From: Candidatus Woesearchaeota archaeon
Lineage (GTDB): Archaea > Nanobdellota > Nanobdellia > Woesearchaeales > JAGVZT01
Assembly (NCBI GenBank): GCA_043812815.1
Contig: JBDRLT010000040.1
Coordinates: 35,724-99,723, forward strand
Reading direction: 5' to 3'
DNA: 64,000 nucleotides
Part shown: piece after piece, positions 1 through 10,700 of the stretch
Numbering within the stretch: the first letter of the stretch is position 1
Layout of the letters: the number at the start of each line of letters is the position of its first letter
Position numbers and translations under genes: made by a program
The notes under the pieces: generated by a model
What the model saw: only the letters and a program-made list of their open reading frames with translations
Told to the model about the DNA's origin: nothing
The model's database searches: none

Positions 1-104
1 CCTGTTCAAACAAAAAACCATCACTTTCCAGAAAACTCTTCCTAATTGGTTTCTTCTGCTTACTGGGTTTCTTTTCTTTGTTATCTACCTTGTTTCCATT
101 AGTG

Positions 105-332
105 TTATTGTGTTGCAACTTGTTCACCAGGGGCTCGCTTAACACATACTATGCTTTTCTTGCCAATCTTATACTGTCTGTCTTTGCTTTCAACCATTAC
201 AAAGAACTGGTCTTCAGAAACTACTTTGCCAGTAATGGCAATATCTCTGCCATTATCTGTGTAGATTATCTTGCTTTTCATCCAAACCACCGTCCTGTTC
301 TTTTTCTTTCTTGGCTTTTCTCTGAAGCTCAC
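105..332 (-). CDS. Small basic hypothetical protein co-transcribed with the RHH gene (possible toxin partner)
   Basis: 75-aa ORF overlapping the RHH gene stop (operonic). No recognisable family. It is more plausible than the antisense + strand ORF 78..425. Confidence 0.35.
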   Translation of the reverse strand: MSFREKPRKKKNRTVVWMKSKIIYTDNGRDIAITGKVVSEDQFFVMVESKDRQYKIGKKSIVCVKRAPGEQVATQ

Positions 333-514
333 TCCTCATTTCCATCAACTGGTTTATCCACTCGTTGCTTTGCATTTTCAACCTCCAGGAATTTTGAGAT
401 AGCAATTTTGCATATTGCAGCCTGACTGACATTGCGTCTTCTGGCCAAATCCTCAATATCCAATTTAGCTTTGTCAGGCAAACAGAAAGTAATTGTTCCG
501 TATTTATTTGGCAT
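329..514 (-). CDS. Ribbon-helix-helix (CopG/Arc-like) DNA-binding protein, antitoxin-like
   Basis: 61-aa ORF. The 'TITFCLPDKAKLDIEDLARRRNVSQAAICKIAISKFLE' segment fits the RHH beta-strand/helix-helix pattern. Its stop overlaps the start of the downstream 75-aa ORF by 4 nt. Confidence 0.5.
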   Translation of the reverse strand: MPNKYGTITFCLPDKAKLDIEDLARRRNVSQAAICKIAISKFLEVENAKQRVDKPVDGNEE

Positions 515-729
515 ATTCTTGTTTCTCTTATTAATTCCTAATAATATTATTATTTGGAAAAGCTATATATTTATTTATAGAAATATATAAGACTAACTTA
601 CTTAACACCTAATTCCAAATGGTATTACTCCTAAGTATAAGAATTTTTCCTCTCAGATAACCAAAAGATATATAAAGACTAATATATTACTAATTATATA
701 AACGCTACAATAAAGCATAAAACAAAGAA

Positions 730-1668
730 ATGGCCAAAGCAAATGCATTGAACCGGAAAAACTTAACTAAGACAATAGTCCTGCTTGCAGCAGGAATTAA
801 TTCGAGCAATCTTCTACGTGATGTAGGGAAGATTTCTATAAGCACTTGGGAGAATAACTACAAACCCGCATTGATTGCTAAAAATGACTTTGATTCAAAA
901 GCAAATCCTGATTCAGTGGAAATCATAAGATGGGATAAGAAACCTATGAGTAAAAACAGAAAAAGTTACGAATTTTTATGGGAGATTTTTCTTCAAAAAA
1001 TTGAGCAAAATCTCATAAAAGATTTAGATAAAAATTTGGAAGTTTTTAGTAAATCAGTTTATAATATAATAAAAATAGAAAATCAAGAATATTACCAAAG
1101 AAAGTGGAAAAAGTTCAGGAAAAAAAAGATACCAATACCAAATAGTGGTCAATATTTTGTAGTTAGATTACAACAGCAGCAACTGATAAAAGCAGAACTT
1201 GAAAGGCAGGAAAGAAAGGTTAAGGCGTTTCTTGATAAGTATTCAAGCACATCTTTTCTTTACGAAAACAAGAATGAAAGGAACTTCCTAATTTGTCAGT
1301 TATGCCAATACTTTAAAGAACTGGCAATAGTAAAAATTGATTATGATACTAGTGTTGAGGAAGTTAAAAAATTCATTTTCACTGTTGCTCTGAACGAACA
1401 TATACCCTTCTGGTTACCTTCAGAAAGATATGAGTACCCGTTCAACATCCAAGATATTAAGCCAACTAAGTTCATTGAGAGATTTAAAGAATATTTGTCA
1501 TTGCATAACCTGGGAATTGAGTCTTTAGTAATACTTAAACCACAGTACAACAAATGGGTTGAAGAAGTCACGGAAAAAGCCGAAGAATACTTCAGAAAAA
1601 TTGATGAGGAAAAAGCTATTGAACAGTATGAAAAACAGCATGGGGGTGATATCAAAGCAAAAGACTAA
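730..1668 (+). CDS. Hypothetical Lys-rich protein (orphan, low-GC island)
   Basis: 312-aa ORF in an AT-rich patch (~520-1700) preceded by AT-rich promoter-like DNA. No motif recognised. Confidence 0.5.
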   Translation: MAKANALNRKNLTKTIVLLAAGINSSNLLRDVGKISISTWENNYKPALIAKNDFDSKANPDSVEIIRWDKKPMSKNRKSYEFLWEIFLQKIEQNLIKDLDKNLEVFSKSVYNIIKIENQEYYQRKWKKFRKKKIPIPNSGQYFVVRLQQQQLIKAELERQERKVKAFLDKYSSTSFLYENKNERNFLICQLCQYFKELAIVKIDYDTSVEEVKKFIFTVALNEHIPFWLPSERYEYPFNIQDIKPTKFIERFKEYLSLHNLGIESLVILKPQYNKWVEEVTEKAEEYFRKIDEEKAIEQYEKQHGGDIKAKD

Positions 1669-1685
1669 AGATTCATTGACCAATA

Positions 1686-2909
1686 TTAGCCAGCACTTCG
1701 TGCCCATATGAGCTCAAACTCATGCAGGAATTCAGAAGCGATTTCGGGGTCTTCGATAATGATGATGTTTTCATCATTACGGGTATCTGCATTAGCAGAA
1801 GGGTTAAAAGACCCGGTGATGACAGTGCGGTTATCAATCACGAAAAATTTGTGATGCAAGACCCCTAGTTTGGGATAATAATTTATGGGTAAAGTAATAT
1901 TATGGTGCATGACGTATTTGTTTTTGTCTAGGCTGACATTAATGCCTTGGTATTTTAGTAAGTGGTACATTGAGTAGTTGCTGATTCTGGTTTTTTCAAA
2001 TACTCCTTTGATGTCAATGCCCTGCCGGTGTTTTATTACAAGGTCTATGGCTATGCTCGGATGGGTGAATGAGAAGGCTGTGAAATAGATACTGCGGTTT
2101 GCTGTTCTGATGTGTTTCTGGATTTGATAAGCGCAGTTGTCTTCAGGGCAGAAGTGGTTTTCTATTCTCTTGCCATTGAGGTAAATAACTGGGTAAGGTG
2201 TTGGATTGCCTTTGCCGAATGTGCCTGACCATAGCTCTTGAAATTCTGCCTCGTAGTTTTCTGAGAGGTATCTTGAGTGGATTATGAGCATGTTGTTGTT
2301 ATTCCTGTATGCGCAGTTGTTTGTGGGATTGAAGCTACCTGTGAAGATTACCCTATTGTCTATTATGCAGAATTTGTTGTGCATGAGTGCGCTTCTGTTG
2401 TCGTGTTTAACGATTGGAATTTGCTCAAAATCCAGCCAGTCATGGCGGCTGTCGTCGCTTCGCTCCTCGCTCGGCACCCCGGATGGGGCTTCCCCCGCCT
2501 CGCCAGCGCCATGGCTAGATCTTTCGTTTAAATGCTCAATATTCTCATAGTTGTCTGTGTCTGTTACTATTTTAATATCCAGATTGCTTTGGTAAAGGAA
2601 GTTGATTATTGGTGTTAAGTCAAGGTCGTAGAGGGCGCAATGGATTGATGAGTTGGCGGATTTTAACAGATTAAGTAGTGCAAGTGTGCAGTTTTCTCTT
2701 GGGCAGAAGTAGACCTCAATATGAAAATCTGAAAATTCAGTTGGAACAATCTCTTTGGGGTTCTCAATCACTGGCTCCCGCTTCGCCGTCATCCCTAAAA
2801 GTATCGGATAAATCTGTATCAAGCAAAAAAGGATTAGGAAAATGACGGATAAAGCTATTAAGACCTTAATCCATAATTTCAATCTCCTCTTTTTCGGCAT
2901 AAGTTTCAA
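1686..2909 (-). CDS. Phospholipase D-family protein with two HKD motifs (cardiolipin synthase / PLD-nuclease-like), N-terminal TM anchor
   Basis: Two HxKxxxxD motifs ('MHNKFCIIDNRVIFTGSFNPT' and 'HHKFFVIDNRTVITGSFNPS'). N-terminal hydrophobic helix. Contains a GC-rich low-complexity insert between the HKD halves. Confidence 0.8.
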   Translation of the reverse strand: MKLMPKKRRLKLWIKVLIALSVIFLILFCLIQIYPILLGMTAKREPVIENPKEIVPTEFSDFHIEVYFCPRENCTLALLNLLKSANSSIHCALYDLDLTPIINFLYQSNLDIKIVTDTDNYENIEHLNERSSHGAGEAGEAPSGVPSEERSDDSRHDWLDFEQIPIVKHDNRSALMHNKFCIIDNRVIFTGSFNPTNNCAYRNNNNMLIIHSRYLSENYEAEFQELWSGTFGKGNPTPYPVIYLNGKRIENHFCPEDNCAYQIQKHIRTANRSIYFTAFSFTHPSIAIDLVIKHRQGIDIKGVFEKTRISNYSMYHLLKYQGINVSLDKNKYVMHHNITLPINYYPKLGVLHHKFFVIDNRTVITGSFNPSANADTRNDENIIIIEDPEIASEFLHEFELIWARSAG

Positions 2910-2994
2910 CCAAATTTGGGGATTAATATAGCCAATGGAAAGGAATCCGAAAGATAAACGGTCATAGCATAACCCCTAGCTAATGTGAAACAGC

Positions 2995-4053
2995 CTACTT
3001 TTTATAGCTTAACTTTGAGATAATAATTATTGAGAACAGGGCCAAAACCCCAGATATCCTAAATGCAACTGCAATGTTGTAGATATCAGCGAGATATCCC
3101 AAAACGATTGCATAGATGATGTATCCTAAGTTCGTCAACATGTTATAGGTGGATAAAATTGTGCTCCTATTGGAGGATCTTATTTCCTTGTTTAGGAGGT
3201 TAGCTAAGACTGGCTCTGAGACTGATGAGAAGAAACCTCCAAACATGAATATAAGCACTGCCGGTGGACCTATGATTAGTGTGGAAATGCCTAGCAATAG
3301 ATTCTTGGCAAGCGTAGAAAGTGCAAGTGCCCATTTGTCCCCTATTTTGGTTGAGATATAATGCGATAAGATAGAACCAACAGCCCCGCTAAGCGAGCCA
3401 ATAGCGGCAACGATTCCGAACAGCACAATCGGCAAATTCACATAATTGAAAAAGATCTGGCTAAGATGCCATACTGACTCGCCAATTCCAAAAGTTATCA
3501 TGCCAAAAAGGCCAAGCCACATGATTTGCTTATTGGTCAGGAATTCCCGAACAGAAGCCTGCGTGAACCTTATGTAGCCATCCTCTCGTTCTTCTTTGTA
3601 TTTAGGTTCCACCACTAAGAGGACAAGAATCCAGCCAAGCAAAGCTATAGGTATTGTTAACAGAAAAGGAAGCCTTAGTGAATAAGAGGCCATGAATCCG
3701 CCAAGCAATGAGCCTACCACTGCTCCAACCTGAGTGTAAAACATGTTTCTTCCCAGGATTTTTTTGTAGTCTTTTTCCTTGCCAAGTTCAACCAGCGTGT
3801 CATAATACAGTGCTTCTTGGCAACCGCTATTAAGGGTGTTTTTTAATGCAAATAGGATAGCAAAGATTATCAGCATAAGGAAATTGACTGATAATGATAA
3901 CAATATAATCGCGATAACACTAATAAAGCCTGCAACAGCCATTGTTTTCTTCCGACCGAATGTATCAGCAAGAGCTCCAGTAGGGATCTCCAGTACGAGA
4001 GATATTACAGACATTGTTGCAAATATTACCGCAACTGAGGTGGTGGAAGTCAC
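2995..4053 (-). CDS. MFS (major facilitator superfamily) transporter
   Basis: 352 aa and polytopic (about 10-12 hydrophobic segments) with MFS-like motifs ('GALADTFGRKK', 'GAVVGSLLGG'). Confidence 0.7.
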   Translation of the reverse strand: MTSTTSVAVIFATMSVISLVLEIPTGALADTFGRKKTMAVAGFISVIAIILLSLSVNFLMLIIFAILFALKNTLNSGCQEALYYDTLVELGKEKDYKKILGRNMFYTQVGAVVGSLLGGFMASYSLRLPFLLTIPIALLGWILVLLVVEPKYKEEREDGYIRFTQASVREFLTNKQIMWLGLFGMITFGIGESVWHLSQIFFNYVNLPIVLFGIVAAIGSLSGAVGSILSHYISTKIGDKWALALSTLAKNLLLGISTLIIGPPAVLIFMFGGFFSSVSEPVLANLLNKEIRSSNRSTILSTYNMLTNLGYIIYAIVLGYLADIYNIAVAFRISGVLALFSIIIISKLSYKK

Positions 4054-4288
4054 AATTTTGCTAAAAATAATGTCATTACAGGCAAAAAGAAAGCCAGATT
4101 GGAGATAAACGCACCAATATACATAATTTTGATGTTCCTTTGAAGAAGATTAGCTCTACCCATGCAGGACTTGCACTTGATTAAGTTTATAATCTTTTCT
4201 GCCAAAAATATTTAGAGGAAAAGCGATGAAAAATAGTATCAAAAATAGCACCCCACTGGAAGAGTTAAAGACACATACTTAATGAGGC

Positions 4289-4762
4289 TCATGTTGGATT
4301 GCACAGATTGTACATATTCCTGAAGAATGTCTCCGCATTATTCAGGCTCTCACTAGGGGGTTCTCTATTTGCCTGAGGTAAGGGCTGATAGGTAAACAAG
4401 CCCCGCTTGGATTTCTCTTTCTGGAATATGCCTAATAATACATCAGCCCTTATCATGATCTTTTCATAGATTCTAAGCAGTTCCACATCCATCTCTCCTG
4501 CATCAACCAGCTTCTTAAGGGCTTCGTAGGTCTTCTTGTGCTCTTCAGGCGCTTCGGTCTTGACATTTTTCGTGCCCAGGTAGGCTTTGGCACTATAGGA
4601 TATACAGGAGTAGCTGTGGGAAATGACAGAACTGTAGAATGTCAGAGGTTTCTTTAGCATAAAAACCTCCTTTTGGAGCTTCTCATCATTGGTTATCTTG
4701 AATACAATCCTTGCCAATTCCAGTTCATTTTCTGCTCTTTCAAGGTACAGGATTGAAACCAT
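4289..4762 (-). CDS. HEPN-domain protein (HepT-like toxin partner)
   Basis: 157 aa, all-alpha, directly downstream of and overlapping the MNT gene (canonical MntA-HepT order). HEPN-like 'R(x)4-6H' region. Confidence 0.55.
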   Translation of the reverse strand: MVSILYLERAENELELARIVFKITNDEKLQKEVFMLKKPLTFYSSVISHSYSCISYSAKAYLGTKNVKTEAPEEHKKTYEALKKLVDAGEMDVELLRIYEKIMIRADVLLGIFQKEKSKRGLFTYQPLPQANREPPSESLNNAETFFRNMYNLCNPT

Positions 4763-5363
4763 TTGCAGCGCCTCTCATGATCAGGTTATAAAATAACTGG
4801 CTATTATGGACGGGCAGGTTCTTTCTGGCAATCTCCTTGCCGACATTCTCGTAGTCTGCTTTGAGCATCTCCAGCATCTCAGGCGCGGTTATTATATGAT
4901 AGTCCAGTTTCAGAAGGGATTTATTGCTGGCAGAATGAAGAGCCACATCGATATTTTTCTTATGTGATTTGTCAGGTATAAATATTGCCAGATCAAAATC
5001 CGATCTATCGCTGGCCTTGCCTTCAGTATAGGAGCCGAATACCACAAGGGAATAGAAGATGATGTTAGAGAGTTCCTTGCTGACAATCCTAAGAGACTTT
5101 TGGGCAATACTTGGAAGCCTGTCCTGGCACAATAGCTCAAGATACAGAAACACTTTAGTATTAGATAAGTCAAGAGAGTATAGTTTTGAAGTGCCAACTT
5201 TCCTCTCTTTTACCAGGTTTTCTGTCTTGAATTGCCTGGTGGCTCGCTGAATGACTGAGTTAGACTTTTCTTTTGAATATGCCTTAATCTCTTTGAAGGA
5301 ATACTCTTTGAATATGTTCTTCTGAAATACGCCAAGCAGTTGCAGCTGTTTTTTAGTTATCAC
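4740..5363 (-). CDS. wHTH-fused minimal nucleotidyltransferase (MntA-like antitoxin)
   Basis: 'VVFGSYTEGKASDRSDFDLAIF' matches the GSx9-13DxD nucleotidyltransferase signature. N-terminal ~90 aa is wHTH-like. Overlaps the downstream HEPN ORF by 23 nt. Confidence 0.75.
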   Translation of the reverse strand: MITKKQLQLLGVFQKNIFKEYSFKEIKAYSKEKSNSVIQRATRQFKTENLVKERKVGTSKLYSLDLSNTKVFLYLELLCQDRLPSIAQKSLRIVSKELSNIIFYSLVVFGSYTEGKASDRSDFDLAIFIPDKSHKKNIDVALHSASNKSLLKLDYHIITAPEMLEMLKADYENVGKEIARKNLPVHNSQLFYNLIMRGAANGFNPVP

Positions 5364-5584
5364 GATTGTACCTCATATCGGGTGAGATTGTACCTTTAAC
5401 GGGGTATATTGGTATTTAAACCTTTGTTTTTTCGGCTTGATAGGACTCCATAAGTTCTGCATCAATAAAAACACATTGTGAATTAAAGCAGAGCGGTTGT
5501 CTTGTTTAACTATGTGCTCAAAATCCACTAATCAAACCAAATACTTTTCCAGCAGTCCTCTTTTATTCTGTATTCTCATGCTTA

Positions 5585-6067
5585 TCAGCCGTTTTTCTTT
5601 AACTCTGCTTGGAATTCACTTCTGATTTCCTTAATCTTCTTCTCATTTAATTTGATAAGAATTGACTTACATTTAACTAAGAATTCAGGAGCTTTTGTAA
5701 TCATTTCATTATATTGCTCATCAGGAACAGTCCTATCAATATAATATTGAGAATCTATTCTTGCCTTTAACGAGTCCTCTGTAAAACCCAATTCTTCCTC
5801 TTTGAAATAATCTTTAAGGTATCTCTTTGCAAATTCTATAGTGCATGAATGGATTTCACATTTGATTCCGATTTTTGTCAAAATGGAATAAAGCGAGAAA
5901 TACAGGGTGTAATATGCAGTTGAAATCCTCCAATCTTTTATGATATTTACCCTCATTGATTCAAGAGCCTCTTCAGCTTTCTTAACATAAGCTTCTGCAA
6001 GATTGGAATTTGGTTCAATTAAGTTTAATCCTCCTTTCTTCCCAGCACACCATCTTATCTTATCCAT
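5585..6067 (-). CDS. HEPN-like protein (second module)
   Basis: 160-aa alpha-helical protein immediately downstream of and overlapping the NTase gene. Same architecture as 4289..4762. Confidence 0.5.
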   Translation of the reverse strand: MDKIRWCAGKKGGLNLIEPNSNLAEAYVKKAEEALESMRVNIIKDWRISTAYYTLYFSLYSILTKIGIKCEIHSCTIEFAKRYLKDYFKEEELGFTEDSLKARIDSQYYIDRTVPDEQYNEMITKAPEFLVKCKSILIKLNEKKIKEIRSEFQAELKKNG

Positions 6068-6650
6068 TATTTAGCACCTTTTGTATGAATTGCTCCACAT
6101 TAACAAAAACAATATGGTTTTTCAATATTTCTTTTAATAAAATATCTTTATTTATATTCTTTTCAAAAGTTTCCATAGGATAACACTTCACGCTTATAGC
6201 TATCCCTAAAATCCTTGAAACTTTTTTAATTTCTTCTCTATTATAATCGCCTGCTACAAAAATGTCTAAATCGGATTCTTTATTTTGTGTTCCTTTGGCA
6301 TAGCTTCCAAATATAATCCCTATGCCGTTGATATTTGGAGTTATCTTCTCTATAATCTCCTTTAGCATAAGATTGTTTTCTAAAAGTGAGATTGCCTTAT
6401 GTTGTTCAACAAAAACAAGATATTTTTTTGTAAATTCGCTTAATTTTATTTTATATGCTTTAATCTTACCTTTTGTCTTTGATTCAATAACTCCTTTATC
6501 TTCTAAACCTTCAAGAATAAGTTGTGCTGTTCTTGGACTTATTTTTAGTAATTTTCCAACTTCTCTGATATAATATTCTCTGTTAAAATCATTTGTAAAC
6601 AGAGAGAGGACTTGCAAAGTATTTTCCGTTATACTTAGTTTTTTATACAT
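6060..6650 (-). CDS. wHTH-fused minimal nucleotidyltransferase (second MntA-like copy)
   Basis: 'IIFGSYAKGTQNKESDLDIFV' NTase signature. N-terminal wHTH ('LKISPRTAQLILEGLEDKGVIE'). Overlaps the downstream HEPN-like ORF by 8 nt. Confidence 0.75.
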   Translation of the reverse strand: MYKKLSITENTLQVLSLFTNDFNREYYIREVGKLLKISPRTAQLILEGLEDKGVIESKTKGKIKAYKIKLSEFTKKYLVFVEQHKAISLLENNLMLKEIIEKITPNINGIGIIFGSYAKGTQNKESDLDIFVAGDYNREEIKKVSRILGIAISVKCYPMETFEKNINKDILLKEILKNHIVFVNVEQFIQKVLNNG

Positions 6651-6823
6651 ATGTATGATTAATAATACAACCGATATATAAACCTTGCGGAAATCAGTTT
6701 AAGATATCTTAGTGTTCTTTAGCTTTTAATAATAAGCATTATTTGGCAAGTAAACAATAAACCTGGGATTTTCAAGAAAAGTTTATAAAAAACAACCATA
6801 GTTTCAGTTAAAGAGGTGATCAT

Positions 6824-7672
6824 ATGGATATTACTGGATGGGCGACTCAGGTCAGCAATTTAGATGCATTTAAGCCTTGGTTGCCTGTTATGGGCTTTTT
6901 TTTGGTGTTGATTATTCTGTGGGTTGGGATGTTATTGCTTATTCAACTTGTATTGTTTATTATTAGCTGTGTTAAGCACGACTTGTCTTTTAGTAATGCT
7001 GTTGATAAGTCAGTTGCAGGCTTTAAGAAGTATTATATTAAATTTTTTCACTACTATGTTCCTATTATCGTGATTACTTTGGTGTTGTCGTTTATAGCAA
7101 TAATGCTGCCGTTCTCAGGCACTTTTATGAAAATAGGCATGCTTGCCCTTTCCTTTGTTTTGGCAGTTATTCAAGGGACCTATTTCTTTGTTGTGGATAC
7201 TTCGCTTGCCAAGTCATATTATCTTAGCTTAAAAGGCAAGAAGTTTGTGTTTATGTGGATGAGTGGCTACCAGTTTGTGAAGCTGTTTGCTGTTGGGTTG
7301 ATATTGTTGGCTTTGTTTATACCTTCATTGCTATTATTGGGTATACCCTTTTTGTTTATTGGGTATATTATGCCTTTTGTGAGGTATCCAATTATTGTTG
7401 AGGATTTGGGTGTGATTGAGAGTATTCAGAAGGCTTTTGGGTTATTGAGAAAAAGATTCTGGGATATGGTGTTTTTCACTAGTATGTATGGGTTTTTGCT
7501 GTTTGCGGTTTATCTTGGGCTTGGGATGGTATTCGGATTGTTTGAGCTTATCCCGTATGTTGGGGCAATTTTCCAGGGAGTGCGGAGTATTATTACAATG
7601 GTGGTTGTGCAGCCTTTTGGGACGATATTGTTTACTGAGATGTTTTATGCAGTGGAGAAGTCAATCAGGTAG
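6824..7672 (+). CDS. Polytopic membrane protein of unknown function
   Basis: 282 aa with about 6-7 hydrophobic helices. No catalytic motif recognised. Confidence 0.6.
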   Translation: MDITGWATQVSNLDAFKPWLPVMGFFLVLIILWVGMLLLIQLVLFIISCVKHDLSFSNAVDKSVAGFKKYYIKFFHYYVPIIVITLVLSFIAIMLPFSGTFMKIGMLALSFVLAVIQGTYFFVVDTSLAKSYYLSLKGKKFVFMWMSGYQFVKLFAVGLILLALFIPSLLLLGIPFLFIGYIMPFVRYPIIVEDLGVIESIQKAFGLLRKRFWDMVFFTSMYGFLLFAVYLGLGMVFGLFELIPYVGAIFQGVRSIITMVVVQPFGTILFTEMFYAVEKSIR

Positions 7673-7749
7673 TAAAATTTCACAAAGTTTTATTTGAATT
7701 AATGATTTGAAGATTTCGGAAGGGAGACTGTCTACATATGTGGTATTAT

Positions 7750-10700
7750 TTAACCCAAACCATCTGCGGCGCATGATAGTATATGCTTTTTGCAAATGCC
7801 ATTCTCACAAATTAGTTCAAAAAGCAGGGAACCAAGTAAGCTCCAGCATCCACAAAATCTTTTAGTAGGTTCAACATAGGTCACACTTCCCCGAGTAACT
7901 TCATTGCATTCATAAATAAATCTATTATCTTTTTGATCACAATATGGATTGTCCGGACAGCCAGGGGCATAGCACAATATTTTACCATCAAAAATCATAT
8001 AGCGATAATTGGATGGACATTTAGTACAATAGCCAGACATGTGTTTATTAAGCCCGCTACAACATGCATCAGTATCTGTAAATTCTTCACCTTCATCTAT
8101 ACATCCGAGGATAGAAGCAGTATTTTCTGGCCGACATTTGCAATCGCGGTTGCAATTTAATCCTTCAACACAAGAGTCGCCAACATAGTGCTTATTACAT
8201 AAAGGATCAACTTCAGATGAACAAAATTTATTACACTGATCAACGAACATATCACCGCTTTTTTCTTCAACGGAATATTGGGAACATTCTTTACATCTGT
8301 AATATACTTTTGAGATTGGTCCATCGCATAGTCTATAGCAACTGAACCCTTCAGTGCGAGATGGATCCTCGCTATCCATCTTGCACTCTTCAAGAACAAC
8401 TGGGTCCTTATCATCCCATAAATTGGTGTCACAAACCTCTCCGGAGTCAAGATATCCATTTCCGCATATATCACTTTCAACACATTCTCCTTGGTGATTC
8501 CAGATCTTATTACTATCTCCTGCATCACAGGGACGGCCGGGTATATGACCTGAAGCCATTTGTGTTTTACAAATATTAAATTTATTACACGGCGTATATA
8601 GATAATGTTTCTGATCCATAGATATACAGTCAGATTGTGTTTCTTGAGCGCAGCTGACCTCCTGTCCTGATGTTGTCACACAACAACCAATACTATCTTG
8701 GCTCTGAATACATGCTGCAAGCGTATTACATGGAACATCAGAAAAGTACTCTGGATTCTCCATAATACATTTACTTGATCTAATATTATCTGTACATACA
8801 CTACTAACTATGCAACACCCATATCTATCAGTATCATACAATTCTGGGCACTCGCTTAACCCATATGGTTCTTCTTTATCTCTGCATGAACCTGTAGTAA
8901 CTCTTGAAGCACGCTCAGATTTGCAGCATTTAATAGTTGAAACCTCATCACAAGGTCCATCCTTGATACCATCTTCACAACAGAATTTACCCTTATTACC
9001 ATCATATTCATCTTTGCCACAGATACACCCAGCCAAACCCTCTCCCCACTTGGTCTGATCAGCCTTTGTTAGAAGTGTGTTTTTTGGACATATTATCTTT
9101 CCCCTTGTGAGGTCTTCACTATTACAAACCCCCCCTTCTAAAGATATGAAACCAATTGAACTTGTAACCAATGGATGGCATAGATCCATCTGTCTCACTT
9201 CAGGACCTTTTTTTATTATTAGATCGATCAAAGCGCTGAGTTCCTTACCATCCCTCTCACCATCATCTGTACAGTCGCCATCACATCCACAAAGATAATT
9301 TATCCTGTGCTGGACTTTTATTCCTGAACCTTCTTCAGACTTGCATATTTCTGAGTTTGCTGCTTTTTGATTGAAGAATATGCCACTGCCCTTTATTTTC
9401 ATGGTTACTTTGGCATAAGCGCAACCGTCAAATTTTCCATCATTTTCTTTGTTTTCAACATAGACCCAGAGTTCATTCTCACCTGATTTTATCTTACCCT
9501 CAGTTATTTCATTGAAACCATCAACATTTTCCCACAGACTTTTAGTTGACCATGTAGCCATACTTTGTTTTTCTACTTCACTTGGATTGAATACAATACC
9601 CCTTGTTCCGTCACATGCTGGTTCATCGCCACCGCAGCTTCCGCAGGTATCTTCCCCACAATCCACAGAAACAGAAACATCAGCATTACCTTCCGCATCT
9701 GTTATTACAAGCCCATTATCTCCAGCAACGGTAAATTTAAGCATGCCCCACCCTCCTGCGCCTTTTGGACCTGAAGGATAACCATAGGTTGCATGCGGGG
9801 CAATTTCAACATGAAAATCAAAATTAGAGGGATTAATACCCCCGGCTGCATCTTTTTCCGCAGTGACTGTGACTCTACACCCTTTTATTTCATTGCCTTG
9901 TTCATCATGATCCATTATCTGGTCATTTATCCAGCCATTTGTTTGTAAATCCTCATATTGTTCATTGGTTAATCCCAATTCAGATTTTACCTTTTCAATA
10001 CACTTTTCATACAGTTCATCCAAGTTCACACTGCTACATGCACTAATTCTTCCTTCGGTAGGATTAGTATTATCAATCAACGGGTTATATTGATAATCTT
10101 CACATGCAACCTGGCTAGAATCTTTGAGTTGATCAAATTTCAGATAATCAATGGGTTTACCATTTGTTCCACATTCGCTATTTGGAATAGAACCTGTGAT
10201 AAGGCTAGGATTGGGCGTAATATCTCCAGCTGTCTCATAAGTATTTCCTCCAACTTCCACAGGCCTAACATGCCAGTCATATAAGCGAGAATCTTCTAAA
10301 ATAAACGCTGTTTCAAACAACCCAGGTTCAGATACTTCCCAGTTATCCTTTGGCATTTCTTGGCATGTCTTTAATGTTCCGCAGCTTTGGACAAATACAA
10401 GTTCAGTAAATGAATATTCTTCTACTGATTCGTCATCTTTCTTAACTGTCCTCACTCCCGTAGCTACCTTGGTGAAATGGCTTATTGTGCCTGTCAGAAT
10501 ATTGTTTTCAGTATCAACTGTTGTTGGGATGGATTTCCAGAAGCCTGCTGATTCATCAAAATAGGCAAGCACAAGATAAGGTTCATTCTCTGCTAATGGA
10601 GGAGGTACATCATTTTCATCATATCTAACCTTGATAGTAATTGGCGGGTCAAAAGTTGCGCCGTCTGGTTTGCCGTCATAAATAATGGTTCCAATAATAG

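Noticed and set aside
78-425. 115-aa + strand ORF at the left edge
   Set aside because: It is antisense to two better-supported minus-strand ORFs (an RHH motif and an operonic overlap). The composition is hydrophobic and low-complexity with no motif.
2440-2531. Interpreting the BglII-NcoI-containing GC-rich insert as cloning-vector contamination
   Set aside because: The insert is in-frame, without stops, inside an otherwise intact gene and encodes a plausible acidic linker. It cannot be settled from sequence alone, so the vector hypothesis is kept only as a possibility within the finding.
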